From a virus: 64,000 nucleotides of DNA. The notes beneath the pieces were generated by a model. That model was not told the DNA's origin. It did not search any database and saw nothing but the letters and a program-made list of their open reading frames with translations. Shown here in pieces: positions 10,774-19,010 of this stretch (its first letter is position 1; each line of letters begins with the position of its first letter). Where the stretch lies: IMG/VR virus record IMGVR_UViG_3300049740_000832, one strand, 5' to 3'. Both the position numbers and the translations under genes were made by a program.

Positions 10774-11832
10774 ATGACTGAAGAAACTAACCAAGTCGAA
10801 GAACTCCACGATGAAGTAACAGACGAATTCGTGGAAGAAACTCTCGATGAGGCTAATGCGCCTGCTGCTAAAGCAAAACCAGATGCAAACGCGACTGATG
10901 AAGAAGACGCAATCGCATCTGTTGACAAAGCTGCAGACGCTACTAAAGCCAAACAAGCTCCTGCTCCAAAAACAAAAGCGGGCATGATTAATGTAATGTC
11001 AATGAAGATGCATGGCATGAAAAAAACAGACCTTCAAGCCGCATATAGCGCAATGATGGACGAATCGGTAGACATGGAAGAAGATGAAGTCATCGCTGAA
11101 ACCAGTGTTGACACTACTGCCGAACTTAATGCATTAGTCGAGTCTGAAGCTACACTCAGCGATGAGTTCAAAGCTAAAACCGCCGTAATTTTTGAAGCAG
11201 CTGTGAAATCGAAACTGTCTGAAGAAGTAGACCGTATCGAAACACAGTATAAGGAAGAACTCGCAGAAGAAATTGCTTCTACGAAGTCTGACCTTGTAGA
11301 AAAAGTAGACAGCTACCTGAACTATGTAGTTGAAACTTGGATGGAAGAAAATCAAGTTGCAATCCAGAGCGGTCTCCGCACTGAAATTGCCGAGACTTTC
11401 ATGGACAAAATGAAAGGCCTCTTCACGGAGTCTTACATTGAAGTTCCAGAATCCAAAGTTGACCTAGTTGATGAACTTGCTGAATCTGTTGAAGAACTTG
11501 AGGGTCGCCTCAACGAAACAACTCAGAAAGTTATAGACACGACTGAAGAATTGGAAGTTTACAAGCGTGAAACGATTATTCGTGAATCGTCTCGTGAACT
11601 TGCAGACACTCAAGTCGAGAAATTGAAATCACTCGTTGCCGATATCGATTTTGACAGTGAAGAACAATTCGCTGAAAAAGTTGCCATCGTTGTCGAGTCG
11701 CATTTCGCAAAACAAGTAACTGGTGACGAAGAAGTCGAAGCCATTGTTGAAGACGCAGACCAAACGGTTGAACTCTCCTCTTCAATGGATAGCTACCTCG
11801 CCGCCATTCGTAAAACAGCACCTAAAGCATAA
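10774..11832 (+). CDS. gp22: Prohead core scaffold (gp22)
   Basis: Acidic coiled-coil; KVDSYLNYVVETWMEEN; synteny. Confidence 0.93.
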   Translation: MTEETNQVEELHDEVTDEFVEETLDEANAPAAKAKPDANATDEEDAIASVDKAADATKAKQAPAPKTKAGMINVMSMKMHGMKKTDLQAAYSAMMDESVDMEEDEVIAETSVDTTAELNALVESEATLSDEFKAKTAVIFEAAVKSKLSEEVDRIETQYKEELAEEIASTKSDLVEKVDSYLNYVVETWMEENQVAIQSGLRTEIAETFMDKMKGLFTESYIEVPESKVDLVDELAESVEELEGRLNETTQKVIDTTEELEVYKRETIIRESSRELADTQVEKLKSLVADIDFDSEEQFAEKVAIVVESHFAKQVTGDEEVEAIVEDADQTVELSSSMDSYLAAIRKTAPKA

Positions 11833-11843
11833 GGATAAGAAAA

Positions 11844-13154
11844 ATGCAAGTATCTTACGATAACCTTATCGAGAAGTGGGCTCCAGTATTGGACGAAACT
11901 TCCGCTGGCGAGATTAAAGACCATCATCGCCGTGCGGTGACTGCCGCTATCTTGGAAAACCAAGAGAAAGCAATCGCCGAGACCCGTGCTGCTGAGCAAG
12001 GTTTCCTGACGGAAGCTGCACCAGCAAACAATACGGGTTCAGTAAACAACTTTGACCCAGTGTTAATTTCACTGGTTCGCCGCGCCATGCCAAACCTCAT
12101 TGCTTATGACGTTTGTGGCGTTCAACCAATGAATGGCCCAACTGGTCTCATCTTCGCGATGAAGTCCCGTTATCAAGGCGGTTCAACATCTAATCGTGAA
12201 GCCCTGTTCAACGAAGCTGAAACTCAGTTCTCTGGCGACAGCTCAGGCACTCACGACTCTGACAACCCATCAGGTTACAATGGTATCGATTCAGACGGCG
12301 CTCGTTTGTCTTCGCTTGCCGCTGGTGGTATGCCAACTGATGACGCAGAATCTCTGGGTTCAACTGGTGGTTCTTCGTTCAACGAAATGGGTTTCACTAT
12401 TGAGCGCCAAACTGTTACTGCCAAAAGCCGTGCGCTGAAAGCAGAATACAGCTTGGAACTCGCACAAGACCTGAAAGCAATCCACGGTCTTGACGCTGAA
12501 ACTGAGTTGGCAAACATTCTGTCAACTGAAATCTTGGCCGAAATCAACCGTGAAGTTATCAGAACGATTAACTCACAGGCTAAAAACGGCGCTCAACAGT
12601 CAAACGTCACCGTCAATGGTGTGTTTAACTTGAGTTCTGATGCCGATGGTCGTTGGTCTGCTGAGAAATTCAAAGGTCTGACGGTTCAGATTGACCGTGA
12701 GTCCAATGTAATTGCTAAAGAAACTCGCCGTGGTAAAGGTAACGTAGTAATCTGTTCTTCAGACGTTGCTACTGCACTGGCCGCTGCTGGTTCTTTGGAC
12801 TATTCTCCAGCAATCAGCAACAATCTGCAAGTAGACGATACAGGTAACACCTTCGCTGGTGTCCTTAATGGTCGTGTGCGTGTATACATTGACCCATATG
12901 CACAGACTGATTATGTAACCGTTGGTTACAAAGGTCAGAACCCATATGACAGTGGTGTATTCTACTGCCCATATGTTCCGCTGCAAATGGTCAAGGCCGT
13001 TGGTGAAGACACATTCCAACCTCGTATCGGGTTCAAAACTCGTTACGGTATGGCATCGAACCCATTTGTTGGTTCTACGCCTTCGAATGGTCTGGCATCT
13101 GCCAAAACCAACCAATACTATCGTATCTTCAAAGTTACGAATATCCTTACATAA
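11844..13154 (+). CDS. gp23: Major capsid protein (gp23)
   Basis: LIEKWAPVL, VQPMNGPTGLIFAM, YCPYVPL, FQPRIGFKTRYG. Confidence 0.98.
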   Translation: MQVSYDNLIEKWAPVLDETSAGEIKDHHRRAVTAAILENQEKAIAETRAAEQGFLTEAAPANNTGSVNNFDPVLISLVRRAMPNLIAYDVCGVQPMNGPTGLIFAMKSRYQGGSTSNREALFNEAETQFSGDSSGTHDSDNPSGYNGIDSDGARLSSLAAGGMPTDDAESLGSTGGSSFNEMGFTIERQTVTAKSRALKAEYSLELAQDLKAIHGLDAETELANILSTEILAEINREVIRTINSQAKNGAQQSNVTVNGVFNLSSDADGRWSAEKFKGLTVQIDRESNVIAKETRRGKGNVVICSSDVATALAAAGSLDYSPAISNNLQVDDTGNTFAGVLNGRVRVYIDPYAQTDYVTVGYKGQNPYDSGVFYCPYVPLQMVKAVGEDTFQPRIGFKTRYGMASNPFVGSTPSNGLASAKTNQYYRIFKVTNILT

Positions 13155-13193
13155 GGATAACAAAAAGAGTAGGGTTAACCTACCACTTTTTCT

Positions 13194-13221
13194 GGGAGAC
13201 CTTCGGGTCTCCCTTTTTTTT
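13194..13221 (+). terminator. Intrinsic terminator after gp23
   Basis: GGGAGACC-TTCG-GGTCTCCC plus T8 (cUUCGg tetraloop typical of T4-like phages). Confidence 0.92.
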
Positions 13222-13242
13222 GCTTTTTTTTGAAAAAAGTGC

Positions 13243-13271
13243 TTGACAATTCCTGATACTTGTTGTAATAT
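13243..13271 (+). promoter_or_regulatory. Sigma70-like early promoter
   Basis: TTGACA-N17-TAATAT; RBS GAAAGGA at 13289. Confidence 0.7.
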
Positions 13272-13302
13272 AAAGTATAAGTTGAGTTGAAAGGAACTAG
13301 AA

Positions 13303-13560
13303 ATGATTACGGAAATTACTTTTAAAGAGAAACAGAACTTCGCAGACTACTGTGAGATGTTCTATGGTGAAGGTCAGTTGTATGCTAATCGTGACTTCGC
13401 TACTCGTGAACAAATCATGGAAGCCACTAACATCTATCTGATGCGTGGTGATAAACAGTTCTTCATCGATGGTGAACATCGGTGGGGCGGTGGTGACACC
13501 GTTGACCGTGAGATTATCGCTGGTATTCTCACTGACGAACTTGGTGTTGACCTCTACTAG
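13303..13560 (+). CDS. Hypothetical early protein
   Basis: 85 aa ORF with strong RBS. Confidence 0.75.
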   Translation: MITEITFKEKQNFADYCEMFYGEGQLYANRDFATREQIMEATNIYLMRGDKQFFIDGEHRWGGGDTVDREIIAGILTDELGVDLY

Positions 13561-13573
13561 AAAGGATTAGATT

Positions 13574-13816
13574 ATGATACGTCAAAACAATGATACTGGA
13601 TATGTTTTCAACCTAGATGGCCCCGAAGGCAATGCGTTTGTCCTTCTGGGTGCTGCATCTAATCTGTGTCGGGAACTTGATTACAATAAAGATGAAGTCA
13701 TGGAAGACTTACAGGCGGGTGACTACAATCACCTGTTGGTTGCCTTCGAATCATACTTCGGGCCGTTTGTTACTTTAGAAACAAATAATCCCGAATATTT
13801 GGCGCTTTTTGCTTGA
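13574..13816 (+). CDS. Hypothetical early protein (DGPEGNAFVLLG motif, common in phages)
   Basis: 80 aa ORF with RBS GAAAGGA. Confidence 0.75.
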   Translation: MIRQNNDTGYVFNLDGPEGNAFVLLGAASNLCRELDYNKDEVMEDLQAGDYNHLLVAFESYFGPFVTLETNNPEYLALFA

Positions 13817-13841
13817 CATTCTATGCGGAATGCCGTATAGT
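13813..13841 (+). promoter_or_regulatory. Sigma70-like early promoter
   Basis: TTGACA-N17-TATAGT. Confidence 0.75.
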
Positions 13842-13870
13842 TAATATGTAATTGAGAGAAAGGAATCGTT

Positions 13871-14026
13871 ATGAATTATTTGATTAAGGATGCAGATACG
13901 GGTCGGACTTTGGCTGGTATGTTTGAAGCAATCGAAACTGTCGAAGAAGCACAGGGCGCACAAGCCTACTTCATCGAGAAGGGTTTCGCAGAGAATGTTG
14001 TTATTGTAGAATATGAGGTTGAGTAA
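13871..14026 (+). CDS. Small hypothetical protein (MNYLIKDADTG...)
   Basis: Read manually; RBS GAAAGGA at 13858; below the ORF-track cutoff. Confidence 0.65.
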   Translation: MNYLIKDADTGRTLAGMFEAIETVEEAQGAQAYFIEKGFAENVVIVEYEVE

Positions 14027-14187
14027 TGAAGTTAGGTAAATTTTTTGTAGAGGTCGATACCTCTGTGACTGGTGGGGAAGTAGAAGGTTACTACTTTCGT
14101 ATCAAAGAAGACCGTGATGCTCGTGTAGAAACATTGGTCAATGAATATGGTGTAGAAGTTATTAATGCGATTGGAGATTATCAATGA
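14026..14187 (+). CDS. Small hypothetical protein (MKLGKFFVEV...)
   Basis: TAATG coupling with the previous ORF and ATGA overlap with the next. Confidence 0.6.
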   Translation: MKLGKFFVEVDTSVTGGEVEGYYFRIKEDRDARVETLVNEYGVEVINAIGDYQ

Positions 14188-14420
14188 CACATATGTATTA
14201 CGCTGATTTAGAAGTAACTTATAAGGATGGTTCTATTGGAGCCAAACGTTTTGAGGGTGTGTCATTGACTGCCGTTCAAGATAAAGCATCCGCTAAGTTA
14301 AAAGAAGTAATTGAGACTTCTAAACTAATCAAAGAACAACATGGAGATAAGACTTTCCAAGTTGTGAAACACAAAATTACTGCGGCTCAACTTAAAACGG
14401 ATAAGAAGTTCAATGCCTGA
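14184..14420 (+). CDS. Hypothetical protein
   Basis: 78 aa ORF with GGAG RBS. Confidence 0.7.
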   Translation: MTHMYYADLEVTYKDGSIGAKRFEGVSLTAVQDKASAKLKEVIETSKLIKEQHGDKTFQVVKHKITAAQLKTDKKFNA

Positions 14421-14544
14421 TTATACCCGTCTCCTCTGTAATGCCATGAAGGCATACGAGAACGCTCAGTCTGATTGGGCGAAAGAATATTGGTTGGAAG
14501 TCGCTGCTAAGTTAGCGCAGAATGCCGAAAAAGTCTTGCATTAA
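14413..14544 (+). CDS. Small hypothetical protein (MPDYTRLLCNAM...)
   Basis: 43 aa ORF overlapping the previous stop; read manually. Confidence 0.5.
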   Translation: MPDYTRLLCNAMKAYENAQSDWAKEYWLEVAAKLAQNAEKVLH

Positions 14545-14562
14545 ATTGTATATATAAGTTGT

Positions 14563-14636
14563 GCGGATGTAGCATAATGGTAATGCCGTAGGTTACCAAC
14601 CTACTGATGGGAGTTCGATTCTCTCCGTCCGCTCCA
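14563..14636 (+). tRNA. tRNA-Gly, anticodon ACC
   Basis: Full cloverleaf: GCGGATG/CGTCCGC acceptor, U73, encoded CCA, GCAT/ATGC D-stem, GTAGG-TTACCAA-CCTAC anticodon arm, GGGAG-TTCGATT-CTCTC T-arm. Confidence 0.92.
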
Positions 14637-14644
14637 ATTTTTCC

Positions 14645-14673
14645 TTGACAATCGATGCTATATAGAGTATAAT
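14645..14673 (+). promoter_or_regulatory. Sigma70-like early promoter
   Basis: Perfect TTGACA-N17-TATAAT. Confidence 0.85.
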
Positions 14674-14697
14674 GTTATTATACGATGAGGCACAAAT

Positions 14698-15831
14698 ATG
14701 ATTTTGAATAAGGAAGACGCACTATACGCTGCGAATGTTTTTACGAAGTTCTTTGCGAACTTTGACCGTATTGACGATTACATGCGAACAATCAAACTGG
14801 AACGCATGGAAAGAACTGCTTTCAACTCTCTGCCTGGCATGGGGCCAGAAGAAGACATCTTCAACAAGTTTGATATCCACCCTCGTGATATGGAGTTCAC
14901 TATCTATGAACCCAAACTCAATGAGTTCATGCAGTATATGGAGATTACCACATCCGCACCAGTCGAGTCATCAATCCCAGGCAAACAACTAAACTTTATT
15001 GTGAAAGAAAAGAATACTGGTCTGGTCGTTGGTATGATTCGTTTCGGGTCACCGACTATCAACTCCAAACCACGCAATGAATGGTTAGGTAAACCACTGG
15101 AAACACTCAACCCCGATGTGATGAAACGTTTCAATGACTCGTGCATCATGGGGTTCAATATTGTTCCGACCCAACCGTTTGGTTTCAACTATCTTGGTGG
15201 TAAGTTACTTGCCGCTATCTGTTGCTCCCATATGTCACGGAAACGTCTCAATGAGAAATACGATGCGAACATCTGTATGTTTGAGACTACATCCCTATAT
15301 GGGTCAACCAAGTCTGCGTCTCAATACGATGGTATGAAACCATTCTTGAGACACAATGGTCTGACAGACTCTAACTTCGCACCTCTAATTAATGATGATA
15401 ACTATCGCAGTTTGAGTGATTGGTTCATCAAGAAGAATGATGGTGTCCCTCTTGTTCCTTCAGACGCCTCATCTCGTAAACTGAAGACACAGACCAAGAT
15501 GGTCGCGATTATCAAGAACTCACTGAAAGAGTTTGATGAGTCTGCGTATAAGAAGTTCTGTCAGACCTTCATTGATGCGAAGGGATTAACAGAACGGAAA
15601 CGTTCTTACTACTCAACCTATGGGTATGACAATGTGCAACAGTATCTCAACCTTGAGACTGACACACTGGTCAAGAAAGAAAACTATGACCGTTTCAGTC
15701 TTGAGGGTGTGACAGAGTGGTGGCGCAACAAGGCATCTAATCGATATGAAACTCTAAAACAGGATAATCGTCTGCGAACTGTTGTAGAGTCATGGAATGT
15801 GAACGCAGACGAGATTGATATTATACGATGA
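14698..15831 (+). CDS. DUF4338 / DruA-like protein
   Basis: Motifs G.IRFGSP, P.QPFGFNYLGGKLLA and ETTSLYG...SQY resemble DUF4338/DruA (recognised by eye). Confidence 0.55.
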   Translation: MILNKEDALYAANVFTKFFANFDRIDDYMRTIKLERMERTAFNSLPGMGPEEDIFNKFDIHPRDMEFTIYEPKLNEFMQYMEITTSAPVESSIPGKQLNFIVKEKNTGLVVGMIRFGSPTINSKPRNEWLGKPLETLNPDVMKRFNDSCIMGFNIVPTQPFGFNYLGGKLLAAICCSHMSRKRLNEKYDANICMFETTSLYGSTKSASQYDGMKPFLRHNGLTDSNFAPLINDDNYRSLSDWFIKKNDGVPLVPSDASSRKLKTQTKMVAIIKNSLKEFDESAYKKFCQTFIDAKGLTERKRSYYSTYGYDNVQQYLNLETDTLVKKENYDRFSLEGVTEWWRNKASNRYETLKQDNRLRTVVESWNVNADEIDIIR

Positions 15832-16340
15832 ATACTAAATTGATTGAAAAATACGGTGACCAAGTAAAGGTTCAAAACTCTCTTTGGGGTGAAGATGTTG
15901 TGATGGATTGGAGACCTCATGCTGGGGAATCTGCAACACATTCAGGTAAACTATTTGAAGATATCACAGAAGATGTCTTGAAATCAAATAGTAATGTTCG
16001 AGGTATCACCACAAAACCAAAATTCAACTGTCATTTTGGATTACCCCGTGAAGGTGATTTTGAGTTGATACATAAAGATAACCTTGTTCATATTGAGTGC
16101 AAACAATTGGGGAATGCAGAGTCGCACTTTGATAAACTCTCTCACGTTTTCATGAACTTGATATGCGGTTGTTATGGTAAGAATTTCTGGTTGGTATATG
16201 ACTATAACAAAGATGGTGGTAAATCAACATTGAAAAAAATCGAGTATCTGGAGAAACGTTGTCAGGTAATCAAAGAACAGGTTGCACTTCAAGGCATCAC
16301 TTTTGAATATCTAACTCTTAATAAACTACAGAACATGTAA
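15828..16340 (+). CDS. Putative PD-(D/E)XK nuclease
   Basis: G..FE ... EGDF ... IECK arrangement typical of the restriction-endonuclease fold; ATGA-coupled to the upstream gene. Confidence 0.6.
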   Translation: MNTKLIEKYGDQVKVQNSLWGEDVVMDWRPHAGESATHSGKLFEDITEDVLKSNSNVRGITTKPKFNCHFGLPREGDFELIHKDNLVHIECKQLGNAESHFDKLSHVFMNLICGCYGKNFWLVYDYNKDGGKSTLKKIEYLEKRCQVIKEQVALQGITFEYLTLNKLQNM

Positions 16341-16351
16341 CGCAAAACTCT

Positions 16352-16359
16352 TATAAATA
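16352..16359 (+). promoter_or_regulatory. Late promoter TATAAATA (gp3)
   Basis: Exact consensus. Confidence 0.8.
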
Positions 16360-16382
16360 GAAGTATATTATAAGGGGTAACT

Positions 16383-16910
16383 ATGCCAGTAACATCAACT
16401 GTTCAGATATCAGATGAAACACTGACAACGAATCTGAATTATCTCCAACCAACAGGTTTCCGTGTTATCATAAATAGAACACGTTATCCAAACTTGGAAT
16501 ATTTTTGTCAGTCAGTCAATCATCCAGGCGCGACATTATCTCCTGTAGAATTACCTAGTCGCCGTATTACATCTGTCCCTCTTGCGGGAGACAAGATAAC
16601 TTTCTCTGAAGTCTCATTCCAGATTATTCTCGATGAGGATATGACTTCATACAGAGAGATGTATGACTGGATGATTCGTATCACCAATGATGGTCAAGTG
16701 TCTGCGGGTGAGACGATGACCAAAGCCCCTACATATGCTGATATCACGTTGTCGGTTCTATCCAGTCACAACAATACAACCAAGAAAATAAGATATAAGG
16801 ATTGTGTCCCCACATCACTAGGAACAATCGACTTCCAGTCAACAACAGGCGCAACTAGTATCTTGACATTTGACGCATCATTTAGGTTTGCACAATTCGA
16901 AATAGTTTGA
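16383..16910 (+). CDS. gp3: Tail completion / tube terminator (gp3-like)
   Basis: NYLQPTGF, EYFCQSVNHPG, DCVPTSLG; lies before uvsY as in marine T4-like phages. Confidence 0.85.
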   Translation: MPVTSTVQISDETLTTNLNYLQPTGFRVIINRTRYPNLEYFCQSVNHPGATLSPVELPSRRITSVPLAGDKITFSEVSFQIILDEDMTSYREMYDWMIRITNDGQVSAGETMTKAPTYADITLSVLSSHNNTTKKIRYKDCVPTSLGTIDFQSTTGATSILTFDASFRFAQFEIV

Positions 16911-16935
16911 CTTTTTATATAAACTTTGGTATAAT
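16907..16935 (+). promoter_or_regulatory. Sigma70-like promoter (uvsY)
   Basis: TTGACT-N17-TATAAT. Confidence 0.75.
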
Positions 16936-16940
16936 ACATT

Positions 16941-17390
16941 ATGATTGATTTAGAAAGTATCCTTGCGGAGTGGAAAGAAGACTCCGTAATCGCAAAACAT
17001 CAACTAGACGAGACCTCGCGTGTGACCCCTGCGTTACATTCGAAGTATCTCGAATACCTATCTCTGACCAAACTACGTCTCAAGAAGGCAGAGTTTGACC
17101 AGAAGACTCTCCTCAAAGATAAATATCTCTACTATGAAGGTAAGATGTCTCAAGAAGATATCGAATCCCGTGGATGGGAGTATGACCCGTATGATGGTCT
17201 AAATGCAACCACCAAGAACTTCAAAGAATATTACTATGACTCTGATAAAGATATCCAAGACTCTGAAATGAAAATTCAGTATCTTAAAACGATTATAGAT
17301 ACACTCGAAGAAATAGTTAGTAACCTGAACTGGCGACACCAGACAATCGGTAACATGATACGCTGGAGGCAATTCGAAGCGGGAGCATAA
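16941..17390 (+). CDS. uvsY: Recombination mediator UvsY
   Basis: W.EDS.I, LHSKYL, YY.GK, I.W..F.AG. Confidence 0.9.
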   Translation: MIDLESILAEWKEDSVIAKHQLDETSRVTPALHSKYLEYLSLTKLRLKKAEFDQKTLLKDKYLYYEGKMSQEDIESRGWEYDPYDGLNATTKNFKEYYYDSDKDIQDSEMKIQYLKTIIDTLEEIVSNLNWRHQTIGNMIRWRQFEAGA

Positions 17391-17391
17391 A

Positions 17392-17532
17392 ATGAAATGG
17401 TTTGATGAAGTTAGAGAAACCTTCAAAGTAAATAAGGTATATCAGTCACGTTGGGTATGGTATCACACCATCCTTGCGGTTGAAATATTTTTGACTAACA
17501 TCCTACTTATCCTCATCCTGTTCAAGTTGTGA
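17392..17532 (+). CDS. Small membrane protein
   Basis: 46 aa with a C-terminal hydrophobic helix; GTGA overlap with uvsW. Confidence 0.55.
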   Translation: MKWFDEVRETFKVNKVYQSRWVWYHTILAVEIFLTNILLILILFKL

Positions 17533-19010
17533 GTTTACCTAATACTATCACAGTCGGTCTCAAAGACCATTCTATGATGTTGGTTGACTGTGAAGCACAC
17601 CAACTCCCAGAACTGCGCGACTACTTTTCTTTCTACGTTCCAGGCTATAAGTTTATGCCGATGTATAAGTCGCGCAAGTGGGACGGTAAAATCAAACTAT
17701 TCAATCAGGTCACTCGCGAACTGAATGTTGGTCTATACGACCACTTGAAGAAGTTCTGTTCTGACCGTATGTATCCTCTCCAACTACAGGAGACCTCATA
17801 CGGTCATCCCGCAAAAACTAATCACGTTCAACACCAGAATCTCATCAAGTTTCAGAGTGAACTAGGTCTACCTTTTGAACTACGCGACTATCAGTATGAT
17901 GCAGTTACCCACAGTATCGAGAAAAAACGGGCGATTCTTCTGTCACCCACAGGTTCGGGTAAGTCATTTATCATCTATAATCTGTTGCGGTGGTATATCG
18001 ATAACTATGATAAACAAGTTCTCATTGTTGTTCCCACAACAAGTCTGGTCGAACAGATGCATAAGGACTTTGAAGAATATGGGTTTGACCCTGACCTATG
18101 TCATAAGATTTATTCTGGTAAGGATAAGACGACTGACAAACAAATCGTCATCTCCACATGGCAATCTATCTATAAATTTCCAAAGGAATGGTTTGAAAAC
18201 TTCGGTTGCGTATTTGGAGACGAGGTGCATTTGTTCAAGGCAAAATCCCTGTCAGGTATCATGAACAAATGTCTCAACGCAGAATACCGTTTCGGCACCA
18301 CTGGCACGCTCGATGGCACTGAAACTAATAAACTGGTATTAGAGGGTCTGTTCGGGCCAACTAAACGTGTCACTATGACACGGGATTTGCAAGAGAAGGG
18401 AACACTTGCGAAACTAAATATATCTGTCCTGTTGTTGCGATATCATAATGATGTATGTCATATGTTGAAGGACGCAACCTATCAGGAAGAGATTGACTAT
18501 ATCGTTCAGAACGAGAAACGTAATAAACTCATCACCAATCTCGCACTTGACCAGAAGGGTAACACTCTGGTTCTCTTTCAGTTCGTAGAGAAACATGGTA
18601 AGGTTCTCTTTGACATGATGAGAGATAAGGCAGAGGAAGGTCGTAAGATTTTCTATGTGTCGGGTGAGGTGGACGCAACTGACCGCGAACAGATTCGTGG
18701 TATCGTGGAGAAACAGAAAAATGCTATCATCGTTGCATCACTCGGCACTTTTAGCACAGGCATCAACATTAGGAATCTGCATAACATTGTCTTTGCTAGT
18801 CCTAGTAAGTCTCAAGTTAAAGTTCTGCAATCGATAGGACGGGGTTTGCGTCAGTCAGATGATGGGTCGGTCACACAACTCTACGACATTGCGGATGACA
18901 TGCATATCAGGTCACACAAGAACTTTACCCTACGACACAGCGCAGAAAGAATCAAGATATATACCAAAGAACAGTTTCCCCATAAGATTTACAAAGTGGA
19001 CTTAAAGTAA
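17529..19010 (+). CDS. uvsW: DNA helicase UvsW
   Basis: WDGKIKLF, SPTGSGKS, DEVH, QSIGRGLR. Confidence 0.96.
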   Translation: MSLPNTITVGLKDHSMMLVDCEAHQLPELRDYFSFYVPGYKFMPMYKSRKWDGKIKLFNQVTRELNVGLYDHLKKFCSDRMYPLQLQETSYGHPAKTNHVQHQNLIKFQSELGLPFELRDYQYDAVTHSIEKKRAILLSPTGSGKSFIIYNLLRWYIDNYDKQVLIVVPTTSLVEQMHKDFEEYGFDPDLCHKIYSGKDKTTDKQIVISTWQSIYKFPKEWFENFGCVFGDEVHLFKAKSLSGIMNKCLNAEYRFGTTGTLDGTETNKLVLEGLFGPTKRVTMTRDLQEKGTLAKLNISVLLLRYHNDVCHMLKDATYQEEIDYIVQNEKRNKLITNLALDQKGNTLVLFQFVEKHGKVLFDMMRDKAEEGRKIFYVSGEVDATDREQIRGIVEKQKNAIIVASLGTFSTGINIRNLHNIVFASPSKSQVKVLQSIGRGLRQSDDGSVTQLYDIADDMHIRSHKNFTLRHSAERIKIYTKEQFPHKIYKVDLK

